Shown in pieces: positions 26,309 to 37,572 of a stretch of 64,000 nt of DNA. Numbering within the stretch: position 1 is the first letter of the stretch; each line of letters opens with the position of its first letter. The notes beneath the pieces were generated by a model. The model was not told where the DNA came from. It ran no database searches and saw only the letters and a list, made by a program, of their open reading frames with translations. Location: positions 16,452 to 80,451 of the forward strand of contig CAILCI010000081.1 of assembly GCA_903832625.1 (NCBI GenBank), given 5' to 3'. This DNA comes from an uncultured Burkholderiales bacterium (GTDB lineage: Bacteria; Pseudomonadota; Gammaproteobacteria; Burkholderiales; Burkholderiaceae_C). The translations under genes and the position numbers were made by a program.

Positions 26309-27145
26309 TCAAACGGCCTGAACCAACATCAAGGCCAAGGGCAGCGTAGGCAACAAAGCGTCCACCCGATCGAGCACTCCGCCGTGACCGGGCAAGAGTT
26401 GACTGCTGTCTTTCATGCCCGCGCTACGTTTGACCAGCGATTCCACCAAGTCACCCACCACGCTCATGCTCACTAAAAACAAGGCGCCAACCACAAACAA
26501 ACCCCATCCGCGAGCACTCAAACGCGCGAACAGGCTCAGGCTACCCAAATCAAATTGCTGCTCGACGTAAAGCCACACAAAAGCCAATAAAACGACACCG
26601 GCCATGCCGCCCCAAACGCCTTCCCAACTTTTGCCAGGGCTAATGTGAATTGCCAATTTACGTCGCCCAAAGGCACGGCCACAAAAGTAGGCCGCCACAT
26701 CGGCCATCCAAACCAGCAGCAAAATCGAGAGTAAAAAGTTGGCTCCCATCACCTTGGCTTGGTACATAGCCAACCACGTCAAGGACAAGGCGGCAACGCC
26801 TACGACCAATCGCAAGGCACGAGAAATATGCACCCAAGCTTCAACTCCGCCACGCATGAGCTGCGCTCCCACCAGCACCCAAGCAGCACCAGCCACACAC
26901 CAGAGAATTTCGTTGGCTTGATAAGCCAGCCTGTTGGCCCAAAAGACCAGGCACAGCAACAGGCACGCAGCGCCCGTGCGCAAAGCACCACGCATGCCCA
27001 AACCATTGAGTCGCCCCCATTCCCACGCACCCGCAGCAATCAACACCAATGTGAGACCAGCCAATGGCTCAGCGGTTGAGGCAAACAATGCTGGCAACAG
27101 CAGCGCAACCAAAACCAAGGCCGTGATGATGCGTTGTTTGAGCAT
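26309..27145 (-). CDS. cdsA: Phosphatidate cytidylyltransferase
   Basis: MLKQRIIT, SPGKSWEG, KDSSQLLPGHGGVLDRVD. Confidence 0.95.
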   Translation of the reverse strand: MLKQRIITALVLVALLLPALFASTAEPLAGLTLVLIAAGAWEWGRLNGLGMRGALRTGAACLLLCLVFWANRLAYQANEILWCVAGAAWVLVGAQLMRGGVEAWVHISRALRLVVGVAALSLTWLAMYQAKVMGANFLLSILLLVWMADVAAYFCGRAFGRRKLAIHISPGKSWEGVWGGMAGVVLLAFVWLYVEQQFDLGSLSLFARLSARGWGLFVVGALFLVSMSVVGDLVESLVKRSAGMKDSSQLLPGHGGVLDRVDALLPTLPLALMLVQAV

Positions 27146-27154
27146 GACTTGGGC

Positions 27155-27715
27155 TTATACAGCCATGATTTCTTGCTCTTTGCCAGCGACCACTTTGTCG
27201 ATATCGGCAATGTGCTTGTCGGTTGATTTTTGGATGTCGGCTTCAGCGCGTTTTTGATCGTCTTCTGAAGCGAGTTTGTCTTTGACCAATTTCTTGATGG
27301 CCTCGTTGCCATCGCGACGCAAGTTGCGCACCGCCACTTTGGCGTTTTCGCCTTCAGAGCGCACCACTTTGGTCAGCTCTTTGCGACGCTCCTCTGACAT
27401 TGGCGGCATAGGCACGCGAATAAGCTCGCCCATCGACGAGGGGTTGAGCCCCAAATCGCTGTCGCGAATGGCTTTTTCAATTTTGGGCGCCATTTGTTTT
27501 TCCCAAGGCTGAACGCTGATGGTGCGCGCGTCAAGCAAGGACACGTTGGCCACTTGGCTCAAAGGCACCATAGAGCCGTAATAGTCGACCTGCACGCTGT
27601 CGAGCAAGGCAGGACTGGCGCGACCGGTGCGAATTTTGGTCAAGCTGTTGCTCAAGGCAGCAACAGATTGCCCCATTTTGGTTTCTGTGTTTTTTTTGAT
27701 GTCAGCAATAGTCAT
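27155..27715 (-). CDS. frr: Ribosome recycling factor
   Basis: [22 protein letters not shown]. Confidence 0.97.
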   Translation of the reverse strand: MTIADIKKNTETKMGQSVAALSNSLTKIRTGRASPALLDSVQVDYYGSMVPLSQVANVSLLDARTISVQPWEKQMAPKIEKAIRDSDLGLNPSSMGELIRVPMPPMSEERRKELTKVVRSEGENAKVAVRNLRRDGNEAIKKLVKDKLASEDDQKRAEADIQKSTDKHIADIDKVVAGKEQEIMAV

Positions 27716-27729
27716 GTTTTTCTCCTCAA

Positions 27730-28452
27730 TCAGACGTGCACCAAAGTGCCTTCGTCTTCGCCCATCACCACGCGCTTTAGGGCGCCGTTTTTAAAGATCG
27801 AAAAAACTTTGACTGGCAGTTTTTGATCGCGACAGAGGGCAAAAGCGGTGGCATCCATGATGCCCAAGTTTTTGCTGATCGCCTCATCAAAGCTCAGCGT
27901 TGCATAGCGTGTGGCACTGGGGTTGACTTTGGGGTCGGCCGTGTAAACGCCATCGACCTTGGTCGCTTTGAGCACCATTTCTGCACCAATTTCTGCTCCA
28001 CGCAAGGCTGCAGCCGTGTCGGTAGTGAAAAACGGGTTACCCGTGCCAGCCGCAAACACCACAACTTTACCCTCTTCAAGGTATTGCAAGGCCTTAGGGC
28101 GCACATAAGGCTCGACCACTTGATCAATCGCAATGGCGGACATGACGCGTGCAGTAACACCCGCTTTTTGCAGGGTGTCGGCCAAAGCCAATGAGTTCAT
28201 CACGGTGGCAAGCATGCCCATGTAATCGGCGGTGGCACGATCCATACCGACCGAGCCGCCCGCAACGCCGCGAAAAATATTTCCGCCACCAATGACCACC
28301 GCCACTTCAACGCCGAGGTTGATGACCTCAGCCACTTCACCCACGATGCGAACAATCGTGGCACGGTTGATACCAAAAGCGTCATCTCCCATCAAGGCCT
28401 CGCCGGACAGCTTGAGCAAAATACGTTTGTGTGCTGGCTGTTTGTGTGTCAT
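27730..28452 (-). CDS. pyrH: Uridylate kinase
   Basis: [27 protein letters not shown]. Confidence 0.97.
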   Translation of the reverse strand: MTHKQPAHKRILLKLSGEALMGDDAFGINRATIVRIVGEVAEVINLGVEVAVVIGGGNIFRGVAGGSVGMDRATADYMGMLATVMNSLALADTLQKAGVTARVMSAIAIDQVVEPYVRPKALQYLEEGKVVVFAAGTGNPFFTTDTAAALRGAEIGAEMVLKATKVDGVYTADPKVNPSATRYATLSFDEAISKNLGIMDATAFALCRDQKLPVKVFSIFKNGALKRVVMGEDEGTLVHV

Positions 28453-28504
28453 GGGCGGGGCTCCTTGTGCGTGGTGTGATGAAAAATGGTGTGATGTAGA
28501 TATT

Positions 28505-28527
28505 AAAAAGGGAGCCAAAGCTCCCTT
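28505..28527 (-). terminator. Intrinsic terminator after tsf
   Basis: GGGAGC-CAAA-GCTCCC stem with a T5 tail on the minus strand. Confidence 0.7.
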
Positions 28528-28537
28528 AGATCGTCAA

Positions 28538-29431
28538 TCAGGCAGCCTGTTTGGCAGCAGCAACTTGAGCCGCCACTTCAGCAGCAAAGTCATCGACTTT
28601 TTTCTCGATGCCCTCGCCCACCACATACAAGGTGAATGATTTGACGTTGGTATTGGCAGCCTTGAGCATTTGCTCCACGGTTTGCTTGTCGTTTTTGACG
28701 AAGGTTTGGTTGAACAAAGACACCTCTTTGAGGTATTTTTGTACTGCACCGTCGATCATTTTGGCAGCAATATCTGCCGGCTTGCCCGACTCAGCCGCTT
28801 TAGCGGTAGCCACTGAACGCTCTCTTTCGATCAATTCAGCAGGCACATCAGCGCTGGTCAAAGACACGGGCTTCATGGCCGCGACGTGCATGGCAACGTC
28901 TTTGGCCGCCACGTCTGAGCCTTCAAACTCGACCACCACGCCAATGCGTGTGCCGTGCAAGTAAGCGGCCAAGCTGCTCGCGCCTTCAAAGCGCTTGAAG
29001 CGGCGAAAGCTCATGTTCTCGCCAATCTTGCCAATCAAGCCTTTGCGCACATCTTCCAAAGTGGGGCCAAAGCTGTCTTGGCTGTGGGGCAATGCACCCA
29101 AAGCTTCGATAGTTGCGGGATTGTGTTTTGCCACCAACTCGGCTGCGGCTTGCGCCATGGCCAAGAAGCTGTCGTTTTTGGTGACGAAGTCGGTTTCGCA
29201 GTTGACTTCGAGCAACGCACCTGTGTTGCCGCTGATGAAACTGGTGACCACGCCTTCGGCGGTCACACGGCTAGAGGCTTTGCCGGCTTTGCTGCCGAGC
29301 TTGACGCGCAACAACTCTTCCGCTTTGACCATGTCGCCTTCGGCTTCGGTCAAGGCTTTTTTACATTCCATCATGGGGGCGTCGGTCTTGGCGCGCAGTT
29401 CTGCGACCATGCTTGCGGTAATAGCTGCCAT
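28538..29431 (-). CDS. tsf: Elongation factor Ts
   Basis: [18 protein letters not shown]. Confidence 0.97.
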   Translation of the reverse strand: MAAITASMVAELRAKTDAPMMECKKALTEAEGDMVKAEELLRVKLGSKAGKASSRVTAEGVVTSFISGNTGALLEVNCETDFVTKNDSFLAMAQAAAELVAKHNPATIEALGALPHSQDSFGPTLEDVRKGLIGKIGENMSFRRFKRFEGASSLAAYLHGTRIGVVVEFEGSDVAAKDVAMHVAAMKPVSLTSADVPAELIERERSVATAKAAESGKPADIAAKMIDGAVQKYLKEVSLFNQTFVKNDKQTVEQMLKAANTNVKSFTLYVVGEGIEKKVDDFAAEVAAQVAAAKQAA

Positions 29432-29482
29432 TTATTTCTCCGTAGTCAATTCAAAAATCAGTTGTGAGGGGCAAACAAGCCC

Positions 29483-29507
29483 AAAAAAGGGGCTGCATGA
29501 GCCCCTT
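29483..29507 (-). terminator. Terminator/attenuator between rpsB and tsf
   Basis: GGGGCT-GCATG-AGCCCC stem with a T6 tail on the minus strand. Confidence 0.7.
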
Positions 29508-29526
29508 CTTCGCGTGAGCCAAGGGC

Positions 29527-30264
29527 TTAAGCAGAAACTTCGACGAACTCGTCGGCTTCGGCAACAGCTTTGACCACATCGTTCACAGCGTTGGCACGGC
29601 CTTCGAGGATCGCGTCAGCGATGCCACGGGCATACAAAGTCACGGCTTTGGAAGAGTCGTCGTTACCGGGAATAACGTAGTCCACGCCTTCAGGCGAGTG
29701 GTTGGAATCGACCACGCCGATCAAAGGAATACCCAATTTTTTGGCTTCCAAGATGGCAATTTTGTGGTAACCGACGTCGATCACGAAAATTGCGTCAGGC
29801 AAAGTGGCCATGTCTTGGATGCCGCCAATGTCTTTTTCGAGTTTTTCGATTTCGCGTTTGAACATGAGTTGTTCTTTTTTGGACAAAGCGTCCAAGCCAG
29901 CTTCTTGCTGGGCTTTCATTTCTTTCAGACGTTTGATCGAAGTTTTGACCGTTTTGAAGTTGGTGAGCATGCCACCCAACCAACGTTGGTCAACGAAAGG
30001 CACGCCAGCGCGCTGGGCTTCAGCAGCCACGATTTCGCGCGATTGACGTTTTGTACCGACCATCAACACCGTGCCACGGTTGGCAGAAATTTGTTTGACA
30101 AACTTGGTGGCCTCTTGGAACATCGGCAGCGATTTTTCCAAGTTGATGATGTGAATTTTGTTGCGATGACCGAAGATGAACGGTGCCATCTTGGGATTCC
30201 AGAAGCGGGTTTGGTGACCAAAGTGAACGCCGGCTTCCAGCATTTCGCGCATTGTGACTGACAT
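29527..30264 (-). CDS. rpsB: 30S ribosomal protein S2
   Basis: [30 protein letters not shown]. Confidence 0.98.
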   Translation of the reverse strand: MSVTMREMLEAGVHFGHQTRFWNPKMAPFIFGHRNKIHIINLEKSLPMFQEATKFVKQISANRGTVLMVGTKRQSREIVAAEAQRAGVPFVDQRWLGGMLTNFKTVKTSIKRLKEMKAQQEAGLDALSKKEQLMFKREIEKLEKDIGGIQDMATLPDAIFVIDVGYHKIAILEAKKLGIPLIGVVDSNHSPEGVDYVIPGNDDSSKAVTLYARGIADAILEGRANAVNDVVKAVAEADEFVEVSA

Positions 30265-30425
30265 ATAAATAACTCCAAAGGTTGTGTCTAAAATTAAGCC
30301 CGTCATCGCCGCGAGTAGTTTTTACTTTTGGCAACACCTTGTGTGGGCTAATTTGCGGATGATGTCTCTACCAACGAGCAAGCAATTGTTGTATTGCATT
30401 GCTCAGGAAAAACCCAATGATTCTA
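30265..30425 (-). promoter_or_regulatory. rpsB promoter (-10 TAGAAT at 30420-30425) and ~150-nt structured 5' leader (t44/S2 autoregulatory leader equivalent)
   Basis: Long leader with pairings such as GAGCAA/TTGCTC and GCCC/GGGC; S2 leaders are established at this position in Proteobacteria. Confidence 0.6.
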
Positions 30426-30472
30426 GCACGAAACACAAATCACCCAGCTTCTAAGAAGCACTGCAACTGCCT

Positions 30473-31720
30473 ATGAAAGTCGCAATCATTGGCGCGGGCG
30501 TTGCAGGCATGACGACCGCTTACGAGTTGGCCTCTCAAAATCACGAGGTCAGTGTGTTTGATCGGCGTGGCTCCAGCGCGGAAGAAGGCAGTTTTGCTAA
30601 CTCTGGCATCTTGTCGCATTACGAAAATGCGCCGTGGGCCAGAGCCGGGATGGGATGGGATATTTTTTCTGGTGCATTCAAGTCGTACACCGCCACGCGT
30701 CTGCAAAAATGGCGCTGGCATGACCTGAAATGGCTGCGCAAATGTGCCGCCAACAACAACTCAGACAGCTTTGGCGAGCACTTCAGGCAACTCATCAAAC
30801 TTTCCCAATACAGCCAGGCTTGCCTGCAACAACTGCGCCAAAACCTGCACCTTGAATACGATCAAAGCAACGGCCACTTGGTGTTGCTGCGTGATGAAGA
30901 AGACGAATTCTCCAGCGAACCGGTCTTGGAAGTGCTGCGCGAAGTGGGCTCGAACTTCAAAATTCTCAGCGAACAAGAAGCCCGCCTGATTGAGCCGGCG
31001 CTCAACCCAGAAACACCGATTCATCAAGCTATCTATTTTCCTGAAGATGAGGCGGGCAACTGCCGCCAATTCACGCTGTTACTCAAGGGCGTGTGCGAAG
31101 GTTTGGGGGTGAATTTTCACTTCAACTCGACCGTGCAAGCGCTTCAGGCGGGGAAAAAACCGCAGGTCATCTTGCGCGATCAATCTCTGAGCTTTGACGC
31201 CGTTGTGGTGTGCGCAGGACTCTCCAGCGCCGCACTGCTCAAACCTTTGGGCATCAAATTGCCACAAACCACTTGGCAGGCTTATTCCATCAGTGCATCG
31301 GTGCGCGAACCCATGGACGCCCCTAAAAGCAGCGTCATGGACGAGCGCTACAAAGTATCCATTTCACGTTTGGGTCAACGCGTTCGCATCAGCGGCGCAC
31401 GTGAAATTGGCGACAACACCAAGCACCAAGAGGTGAGTTTGTCCATGCTCTATAAAGTTTTGGACGATTGGTTTCCTGGCGCGGCGCGCATACAAGACAG
31501 CATCCAAGTGTGGAAAGGTGCCTATCCCGTCTTGAGCGACAGCAAGCCTGTTTTGGGCACTGCGCGCGTGCCAGGCGTGTGGCTCAACATGGCTCACGGT
31601 TTGAATGCTTGGACGCAAGCTTGCGGCAGCGCACGCATTGTGTCGCGACAAATTTCAGACCGACAAAACGAAATCGATGTGACAGGCCTTGGGCTTGATC
31701 GATACTACAAAAATTCATGA
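30473..31720 (+). CDS. FAD-dependent oxidoreductase, D-amino-acid dehydrogenase (DadA)-like
   Basis: GAGVAG Rossmann motif, GSFANSG, NMAHG; substrate unknown. Confidence 0.8.
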   Translation: MKVAIIGAGVAGMTTAYELASQNHEVSVFDRRGSSAEEGSFANSGILSHYENAPWARAGMGWDIFSGAFKSYTATRLQKWRWHDLKWLRKCAANNNSDSFGEHFRQLIKLSQYSQACLQQLRQNLHLEYDQSNGHLVLLRDEEDEFSSEPVLEVLREVGSNFKILSEQEARLIEPALNPETPIHQAIYFPEDEAGNCRQFTLLLKGVCEGLGVNFHFNSTVQALQAGKKPQVILRDQSLSFDAVVVCAGLSSAALLKPLGIKLPQTTWQAYSISASVREPMDAPKSSVMDERYKVSISRLGQRVRISGAREIGDNTKHQEVSLSMLYKVLDDWFPGAARIQDSIQVWKGAYPVLSDSKPVLGTARVPGVWLNMAHGLNAWTQACGSARIVSRQISDRQNEIDVTGLGLDRYYKNS

Positions 31721-33240
31721 ACCCACCTTTCTCGCGCACCCTGGCTGTGCAGGCTCAACACAACTGGCCGTTGCACAACACAGCCAGCACGCGCAAGATT
31801 GAACACGAGCTCCAAGCCCAATTACCCCACCACACGCTGATGCAACGTGCCGGTTTGGCAAGCGCTCAATTGGCCTTGGCAGTTGCACCCCATGCGCAAA
31901 CCATTTGGATCGCCTGTGGGCCTGGCAACAACGGCGGTGATGGCCTAGAAGCAGCGCTGCAACTCAAACAAATGGGCAAAAACGTTGCAGTCACTTATTT
32001 GGGCGATCCCGCCAACGCGCCCGCAGATGCAAAAGTCGCTTACCAGCGTGCCGTGGCTGCAGGTATTCGTTTTGAGTCATCGCCTCCCGTGCAGTTTGAT
32101 CTGGCCATTGACGCTTTGCTTGGCATTGCCTGCCACAGTCCGCCAACGGGGCAAATGGCGCATTGCTTAGACCTAATCAACCAATTCAGTGGGCCGGTGG
32201 TGTGCCTTGATTTACCCAGTGGCCTTTTGGCAGACACGGGGCAATGGTTGTACAAACCCAGTCATACCCTAGCCCAAGAGCGCCATACGCTGAGTTTTTT
32301 AACCCTCAAGCCAGGCTTGTTCACCGCCGATGGTAGAGACGCGGCGGGTCGGGTTTGGTTCAACACCCTGGTGGCCGAGCGCACCACAAACGAGCCCGAA
32401 CAAGCTGTGCTGCAGGGCGCAACCAAGCTCTCCTCGCACCACCTGCAACACAACACGCACAAGGGCAACTTTGGCGATGTTCACCTGATTGGCGGCGCAA
32501 ACGGCATGGTGGGCGCGGCGGTCTTGGCCGCAAATGCGGCTTTGCAATCCGGTGCGGGGCGCGTGTATGTGGGGCTTTTGGATGAGCAAGCCCAGACCAA
32601 TATCAGTGCCTCGCACCCGTGCTTGATGGTGCGTGCGTGGCGCGACCTTCCACGTCACGCCGATGCCGTGGTCTGCGGTTGTGGTGGCGGCAGCCAAATT
32701 GCACAAGCTTTGGGCGTTTTGCTCGGTCAATCACAGCGTTTGGTACTCGATGCCGATGCACTCAATGCCTTGTCAGCTGATGCGCAACTGCAAACCCTGC
32801 TCGCGCATCGTGTGGGCAAGCAATACGCGACAGTGCTGACGCCGCATCCGCTCGAAGCAGCGCGTTTATTGGGCTGCAGCACGGCAGAGATTCAAAGCAA
32901 TCGGCTGTTCCATGCACAAAGTTTGGCCGACAAAATGCAATGCGTCGTTGTGCTGAAAGGCTCGGGCAGCGTGGTGGCTGCGCCGAATGCAATACCTGTG
33001 ATCAACCCTACGGGCAACGCTTTGTTGTCCACCGCAGGGACTGGCGACGTGCTTGCGGGCTTGATAGGCGCTCGCCTAGCCCAAGGCCAGGAAGCCATGC
33101 AAGCCGCATGCAGCGCCGTGTTTGACCACGGACTCAGGGCTGACCAATGGCTCGCCCAACGCTTGAACGATCCTCAAGGCAGCGGGTTCGGCGGATTTGA
33201 CGCCGCACAACTGGCGGCGTCATTGCGCTTCATCGCTTAA
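31717..33240 (+). CDS. nnr: Bifunctional NAD(P)HX epimerase/dehydratase (YjeF/Nnr)
   Basis: CGPGNNGGDG, DLPSG, KGNFG, LDADAL, TPHPLEA, GTGDVLAG. Confidence 0.92.
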   Translation: MNPPFSRTLAVQAQHNWPLHNTASTRKIEHELQAQLPHHTLMQRAGLASAQLALAVAPHAQTIWIACGPGNNGGDGLEAALQLKQMGKNVAVTYLGDPANAPADAKVAYQRAVAAGIRFESSPPVQFDLAIDALLGIACHSPPTGQMAHCLDLINQFSGPVVCLDLPSGLLADTGQWLYKPSHTLAQERHTLSFLTLKPGLFTADGRDAAGRVWFNTLVAERTTNEPEQAVLQGATKLSSHHLQHNTHKGNFGDVHLIGGANGMVGAAVLAANAALQSGAGRVYVGLLDEQAQTNISASHPCLMVRAWRDLPRHADAVVCGCGGGSQIAQALGVLLGQSQRLVLDADALNALSADAQLQTLLAHRVGKQYATVLTPHPLEAARLLGCSTAEIQSNRLFHAQSLADKMQCVVVLKGSGSVVAAPNAIPVINPTGNALLSTAGTGDVLAGLIGARLAQGQEAMQAACSAVFDHGLRADQWLAQRLNDPQGSGFGGFDAAQLAASLRFIA

Positions 33241-35492
33241 CGTGTGCGTCGGCTTTTGCTGGCACTGCTTTTTTTCGCTTTGCCCTTGATGGCCTTGGCG
33301 CTGGGCTTGGCAGATTTTTTAACCGCAGGGGTATGGCTTGCTGCTCTGAAACTGGACTTGGCAGGCTTGTCAAAGTCACGCTCAGATTTACCGGCCTTGT
33401 TGGGCTTGGCAGGTCGCGCAAACTCGCCCTCGCCTTCATTGACCAAACGGAAATCAATCTTGCGGCCATCCAAATCGACGCGGCTCACCTGCACCCGCAC
33501 CCTTGAGCCAATCGCATAGCGAATGCCTGTGCGCTCACCGCGCAACTCTTGGCGGGTTTCGTCAAAGCGGAAGTACTCGCCGCCCAGCTCGGTGATGTGC
33601 ACCAAGCCTTCGACATACATCGCGTCCAAGGTGACGAACAAACCAAAACCAGTGGCTGCAGTGACCACGCCACCAAACTCCTCGCCCAAATGTTCGCGCA
33701 TGTATTTGCACTTGAGCCATGCTTCTACGTCGCGGCTGGCTTCGTCAGCGCGGCGTTCGTTGGCGCTGCAATGCAAGCCTGCGGCCTCCCAGGCTTGTTG
33801 GTCGGGATTTTGGCGCTGGGTTTGCGGTGGCGCTTCATCGCCCTCGTGTTTTTTGCGCGAAGCCAAACGACGCGCCAGTTTGGCATGGGCTTCGCCCGGC
33901 GTTGGCAAAGCAGGCAGCGTGTAGCGCTGCTTGTTCAAAATCGCTTTGATGACGCGGTGCACCAACAAGTCGGGGTAGCGACGAATCGGGCTGGTGAAAT
34001 GCGTGTAAGCCTCAAATGCCAAGCCAAAGTGGCCGCTGTTGATGGGCGTGTAAATGGCTTGCTGCATGGAGCGCAACAACATGGCGTGAATTTGTTGCGC
34101 ATCAGGCCGCTCTTTGGTGGCCTCGGCAATGGCTTGGAATTCGGCCGGCTTGGGGTCGTCGCTGATGGTCAAGCCCACGCCAGTGGTCTTGAGGTAGGCA
34201 CGCAGAATTTCTTTTTTCTCAGGCGTTGGGCCTTCGTGCACACGAAACAAGCCGGAGTTTTTGCTCTGCAAAATAAAGTCGGCGCTGCACACGTTGGCCG
34301 CGAGCATGGCTTCTTCAATCAAGCGGTGGGCATCGTTGCGCACACGCGGCACAATTTTTTCGATGCGACCGTTGTCGTCGCAGACGATTTGGGTTTCGGT
34401 GGTTTCAAAATCCACCGCGCCGCGCACATGCCGGGCTTTGAGCAAAGCGCCGTAGACATCGTGCAGGTTGATCAAATCGTTGATACGCTCTTTGCGCTTG
34501 GCCGCTTCGGGGCCTCGGGTGTTGCCCAAAATCGCGGCCACTTCGGTATAAGTGAAACGCGCATGGCTGAACATCACCGCCGGATAAAACTGATACGCTG
34601 AAATCTCGCCCGTGCTGGTGATGAGCATGTCGCAGACCATGCACAAACGCTCCACATCGGGATTGAGTGAACACAAACCGTTGGAGAGTTTCTCCGGCAA
34701 CATAGGAATGACGCGACGCGGGAAATACACGCTGGTGGCGCGGTCGTAGGCGTCAATGTCAATCGCATTGCCGGTCTCCACATAGTGGCTCACATCAGCA
34801 ATCGCCACCAACAAGCGCCAGCCTTTGGCGCGTCCCACTTTGGCGGGCTCGCAGTAAACGGCGTCGTCAAAATCACGGGCGTCTTCGCCGTCAATCGTGA
34901 CCAAGGGAACATCGGTCAAGTCGATGCGGCCTTTTTTGTCGGAGGCGCGCACTTTGTCGGGCAGGCCTCGCGCCAATGCCAAACACGCATCCGAGAACTC
35001 ATGCGGCACGCCGTATTTGCGCACAGCAATTTCGATTTCCATGCCTGGATCATCGACTTCGCCCAAGACTTCTTTCACGCGCCCCACGGGCTGACCGTAC
35101 AGACTGGGCGGCTCGGTCAACTCGACCACCACCACTTGCCCAGCCGTGGCGCGCGCTGTGGCGCTTTTGGGAATCAGCACATCTTGACCGTAGCGCTTGT
35201 CCTCAGGTGCGACCAACCAGACGCCGCTTTCTTGCAGCAAGCGACCAATGATGGGTTGCTTGGAGCGCTCCAAAATTTCAACCACACGGCCTTCTGAACG
35301 ACCGCGTTTGTCTTGACGCACGATGCGCGCCTTGACGCGATCGCGGTGCAAAACCGCACGCATTTCGTTGGGCGGCAAATACACATCGGCAGCGCCATCG
35401 TCGCGTTGAACAAAACCGTGTCCGTCTCTGTGACCGGAGACGGTACCTTCAAATTCTTCCAGTAACCCACTGGTGGGATTCGATTGTTTGAT
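33237..35492 (-). CDS. rnr: Ribonuclease R (start proposed at ATC 35492)
   Basis: GHRDGHGF cold-shock domain, TIDGEDARDFDDA, HFTSPIRRYPD, S1 domain, basic tail; the ORF-track start lies inside the tRNA. Confidence 0.95.
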   Translation of the reverse strand: MKQSNPTSGLLEEFEGTVSGHRDGHGFVQRDDGAADVYLPPNEMRAVLHRDRVKARIVRQDKRGRSEGRVVEILERSKQPIIGRLLQESGVWLVAPEDKRYGQDVLIPKSATARATAGQVVVVELTEPPSLYGQPVGRVKEVLGEVDDPGMEIEIAVRKYGVPHEFSDACLALARGLPDKVRASDKKGRIDLTDVPLVTIDGEDARDFDDAVYCEPAKVGRAKGWRLLVAIADVSHYVETGNAIDIDAYDRATSVYFPRRVIPMLPEKLSNGLCSLNPDVERLCMVCDMLITSTGEISAYQFYPAVMFSHARFTYTEVAAILGNTRGPEAAKRKERINDLINLHDVYGALLKARHVRGAVDFETTETQIVCDDNGRIEKIVPRVRNDAHRLIEEAMLAANVCSADFILQSKNSGLFRVHEGPTPEKKEILRAYLKTTGVGLTISDDPKPAEFQAIAEATKERPDAQQIHAMLLRSMQQAIYTPINSGHFGLAFEAYTHFTSPIRRYPDLLVHRVIKAILNKQRYTLPALPTPGEAHAKLARRLASRKKHEGDEAPPQTQRQNPDQQAWEAAGLHCSANERRADEASRDVEAWLKCKYMREHLGEEFGGVVTAATGFGLFVTLDAMYVEGLVHITELGGEYFRFDETRQELRGERTGIRYAIGSRVRVQVSRVDLDGRKIDFRLVNEGEGEFARPAKPNKAGKSERDFDKPAKSSFRAASHTPAVKKSAKPSAKAIKGKAKKSSASKSRRTR

Positions 35493-35497
35493 ACAAT
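35489..35497 (+). promoter_or_regulatory. Extended -10 promoter of tRNA-Leu
   Basis: TG-A-TACAAT ending 18 nt upstream of the mature tRNA 5' end. Confidence 0.6.
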
Positions 35498-35515
35498 GCC
35501 TTTCTTTCCTGAAAT

Positions 35516-35600
<85 letters not shown>

Positions 35601-35615
35601 GTTGATAAATATGAT

Positions 35616-35637
35616 AGCCACCTCACGGTGGCTTTTT
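35616..35637 (+). terminator. Terminator after tRNA-Leu
   Basis: AGCCACC-TCAC-GGTGGCT followed by TTTT. Confidence 0.75.
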
Positions 35638-35672
35638 GTTTGCTTGTTGCTTTTATGATCGTTTTGCCGAGT

Positions 35673-37052
35673 TTATATCGGCATTGCGACAAGATCGTGT
35701 CCTTGCGCGGCCACGATACGGGCTTTGGTGAACTCACCCACGCGCAAGACCTTGCTGATTTTTTCGGGTGGCAACAAATGCACCACGCCATCAATCTCGG
35801 GAGCGTCCGCATAACTGCGACCCACACCGCCTTTGCGACCATTGCCGGGCGCTGAATCAATCAACACTTGCATGGTTGCGCCCACGCGGCGTTGCAGCTT
35901 GGCGATGGACACCTCTTCGGCCACTGCCATGAAACGCGCTTGGCGTTCTTCACGCACCGCTTGCGGCAACATGCCGGGCAAGTCGTTGGCTTGCGCGCCA
36001 TTGACGGGGCTGTATGCAAAACAACCCGCGCGGTCAATCTCGGCTTCGCGCACAAAGTTGAGCAAGTGTTCAAACTCTGCCTCGGTTTCGCCGGGAAAGC
36101 CTGCAATAAAGGTGCTGCGAATCACCAAGTCAGGACACAGCTCGCGCCAGCGGGCAATGCGTTCCAAGTTTTTCTCACCACTGGCGGGTCGCTTCATGCG
36201 TTTGAGCACATCGGGATGGCTGTGTTGAAACGGCACATCCAAATACGGCAACACACGGCCTTGGTTCATCAAGGGCAAGATGTCATCCACACTGGGATAC
36301 GGATACACATAATGCAAACGCACCCATGCGCCGTAGTGATCGGCCAATTGGCCCAAGGCTTGGGTCAATTCAAAGGTGCGCGTTTTAATGGGCTGGCCAT
36401 CCCAAAAACCTGTGACGTATTTCACATCGACACCATAGGCTGAGGTGTCTTGGCTAATGACCAACAACTCTTTGACGCCGCCTTCAAACAAAGCGCGCGC
36501 TTCTTTGAGCACATCGCCAATTGGGCGGCTGACCAAATCACCGCGCATGGACGGGATGATGCAAAAGGTACAACGGTGGTTACAGCCTTCGCTGATTTTC
36601 AAGTAAGCGTAATGCTTGGGTGTGAGCTTGATGCCCGCTTCGCCAAAAGCGCCCGGCACCAAATCTAAAAATGGGTCATGCGGTTTGGGCAAGTGCTTGT
36701 GCACTGCGTCCATCACCTCTTGCGTGGCGTGTGGACCCGTGACGGCCAGCACGCTGGGGTGCATTTGCTGCACCAAGTTTTCGCCACCCACGCCTGAACG
36801 TGCGCCCAAGCAACCGGTGACGATCACGCGACCGTTTTCAGCCAGCGCTTCGCCAATGGTGTCCAAGCTTTCTTTGACCGCATCGTCAATGAAGCCGCAG
36901 GTGTTGACGATGACGAGGTCGGCGCCATCGAAGGTTTTAGAGGTTTGATAACCCTCGGCGCTCAATTGCGTGAGGATCAGTTCAGAGTCGGTCAAGGCTT
37001 TGGGGCAGCCCAAGCTCACGAAGCCGACTTTGGGAGTTTTGATTTCAGACAT
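35673..37052 (-). CDS. rimO: Ribosomal protein S12 methylthiotransferase
   Basis: [22 protein letters not shown] radical-SAM motif, TRAM domain with APEIDG. Confidence 0.96.
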   Translation of the reverse strand: MSEIKTPKVGFVSLGCPKALTDSELILTQLSAEGYQTSKTFDGADLVIVNTCGFIDDAVKESLDTIGEALAENGRVIVTGCLGARSGVGGENLVQQMHPSVLAVTGPHATQEVMDAVHKHLPKPHDPFLDLVPGAFGEAGIKLTPKHYAYLKISEGCNHRCTFCIIPSMRGDLVSRPIGDVLKEARALFEGGVKELLVISQDTSAYGVDVKYVTGFWDGQPIKTRTFELTQALGQLADHYGAWVRLHYVYPYPSVDDILPLMNQGRVLPYLDVPFQHSHPDVLKRMKRPASGEKNLERIARWRELCPDLVIRSTFIAGFPGETEAEFEHLLNFVREAEIDRAGCFAYSPVNGAQANDLPGMLPQAVREERQARFMAVAEEVSIAKLQRRVGATMQVLIDSAPGNGRKGGVGRSYADAPEIDGVVHLLPPEKISKVLRVGEFTKARIVAAQGHDLVAMPI

Positions 37053-37453
37053 CAGCGTTTGAGCCCCATCAGGTTGATCATGTGTTCGGTGTTGTTTTTG
37101 GCCAGCTTTTGCATGTCAGCAAAAGTTTGTAGATTTTTTTCAAGGTATGAGCCCATCATGCCCTGCATGGTGTGACCATAAAAACGAATCATGTTGGAGA
37201 GCATGCTTTCGTTGAAGAGTGGCGTGCCATTGGACTCTTGTTCCAAAATAATTTGCAACAAAATGCTGCGCGTTAAGTCTTCACCCGTTTTGGCGTCGCG
37301 CACCGCAAACGACTGCGCTTGCATGACCAAGTCCTTGATGTCGCTCAAGGCAACATAGCTAGAAGTGGCCGTGTCGTAAAGCCTGCGGTTGGGGTATTTT
37401 TTGATGATGCGAACACCACTGGGTGGTGTTGCTGAAGAATCTTGGCTGCTCAT
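37052..37453 (-). CDS. phaR: PHA synthesis repressor PhaR (short form)
   Basis: [30 protein letters not shown]; adjacent to rimO. Confidence 0.92.
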   Translation of the reverse strand: MSSQDSSATPPSGVRIIKKYPNRRLYDTATSSYVALSDIKDLVMQAQSFAVRDAKTGEDLTRSILLQIILEQESNGTPLFNESMLSNMIRFYGHTMQGMMGSYLEKNLQTFADMQKLAKNNTEHMINLMGLKR

Positions 37454-37477
37454 AGGTCAGCTCCCGTTTAAACAATT

Positions 37478-37554
37478 TGGTAGGCGCGATTGGACTCGAA
37501 CCAACGACCCCCACCATGTCAAGGTGGTGCTCTAACCAGCTGAGCTACGCGCCT
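37478..37554 (-). tRNA. tRNA-Val(GAC)
   Basis: AGGCGCG/CGCGCCT acceptor stem, CCACC-TT GAC AT-GGTGG anticodon arm, TTCGAGT, CCA; 77 nt. Confidence 0.97.
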
Positions 37555-37572
37555 AAATTGTTCGAAGCTGAA

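Noticed and set aside
33549-34601. 350-aa plus-strand ORF
   Set aside because: Antisense shadow of rnr
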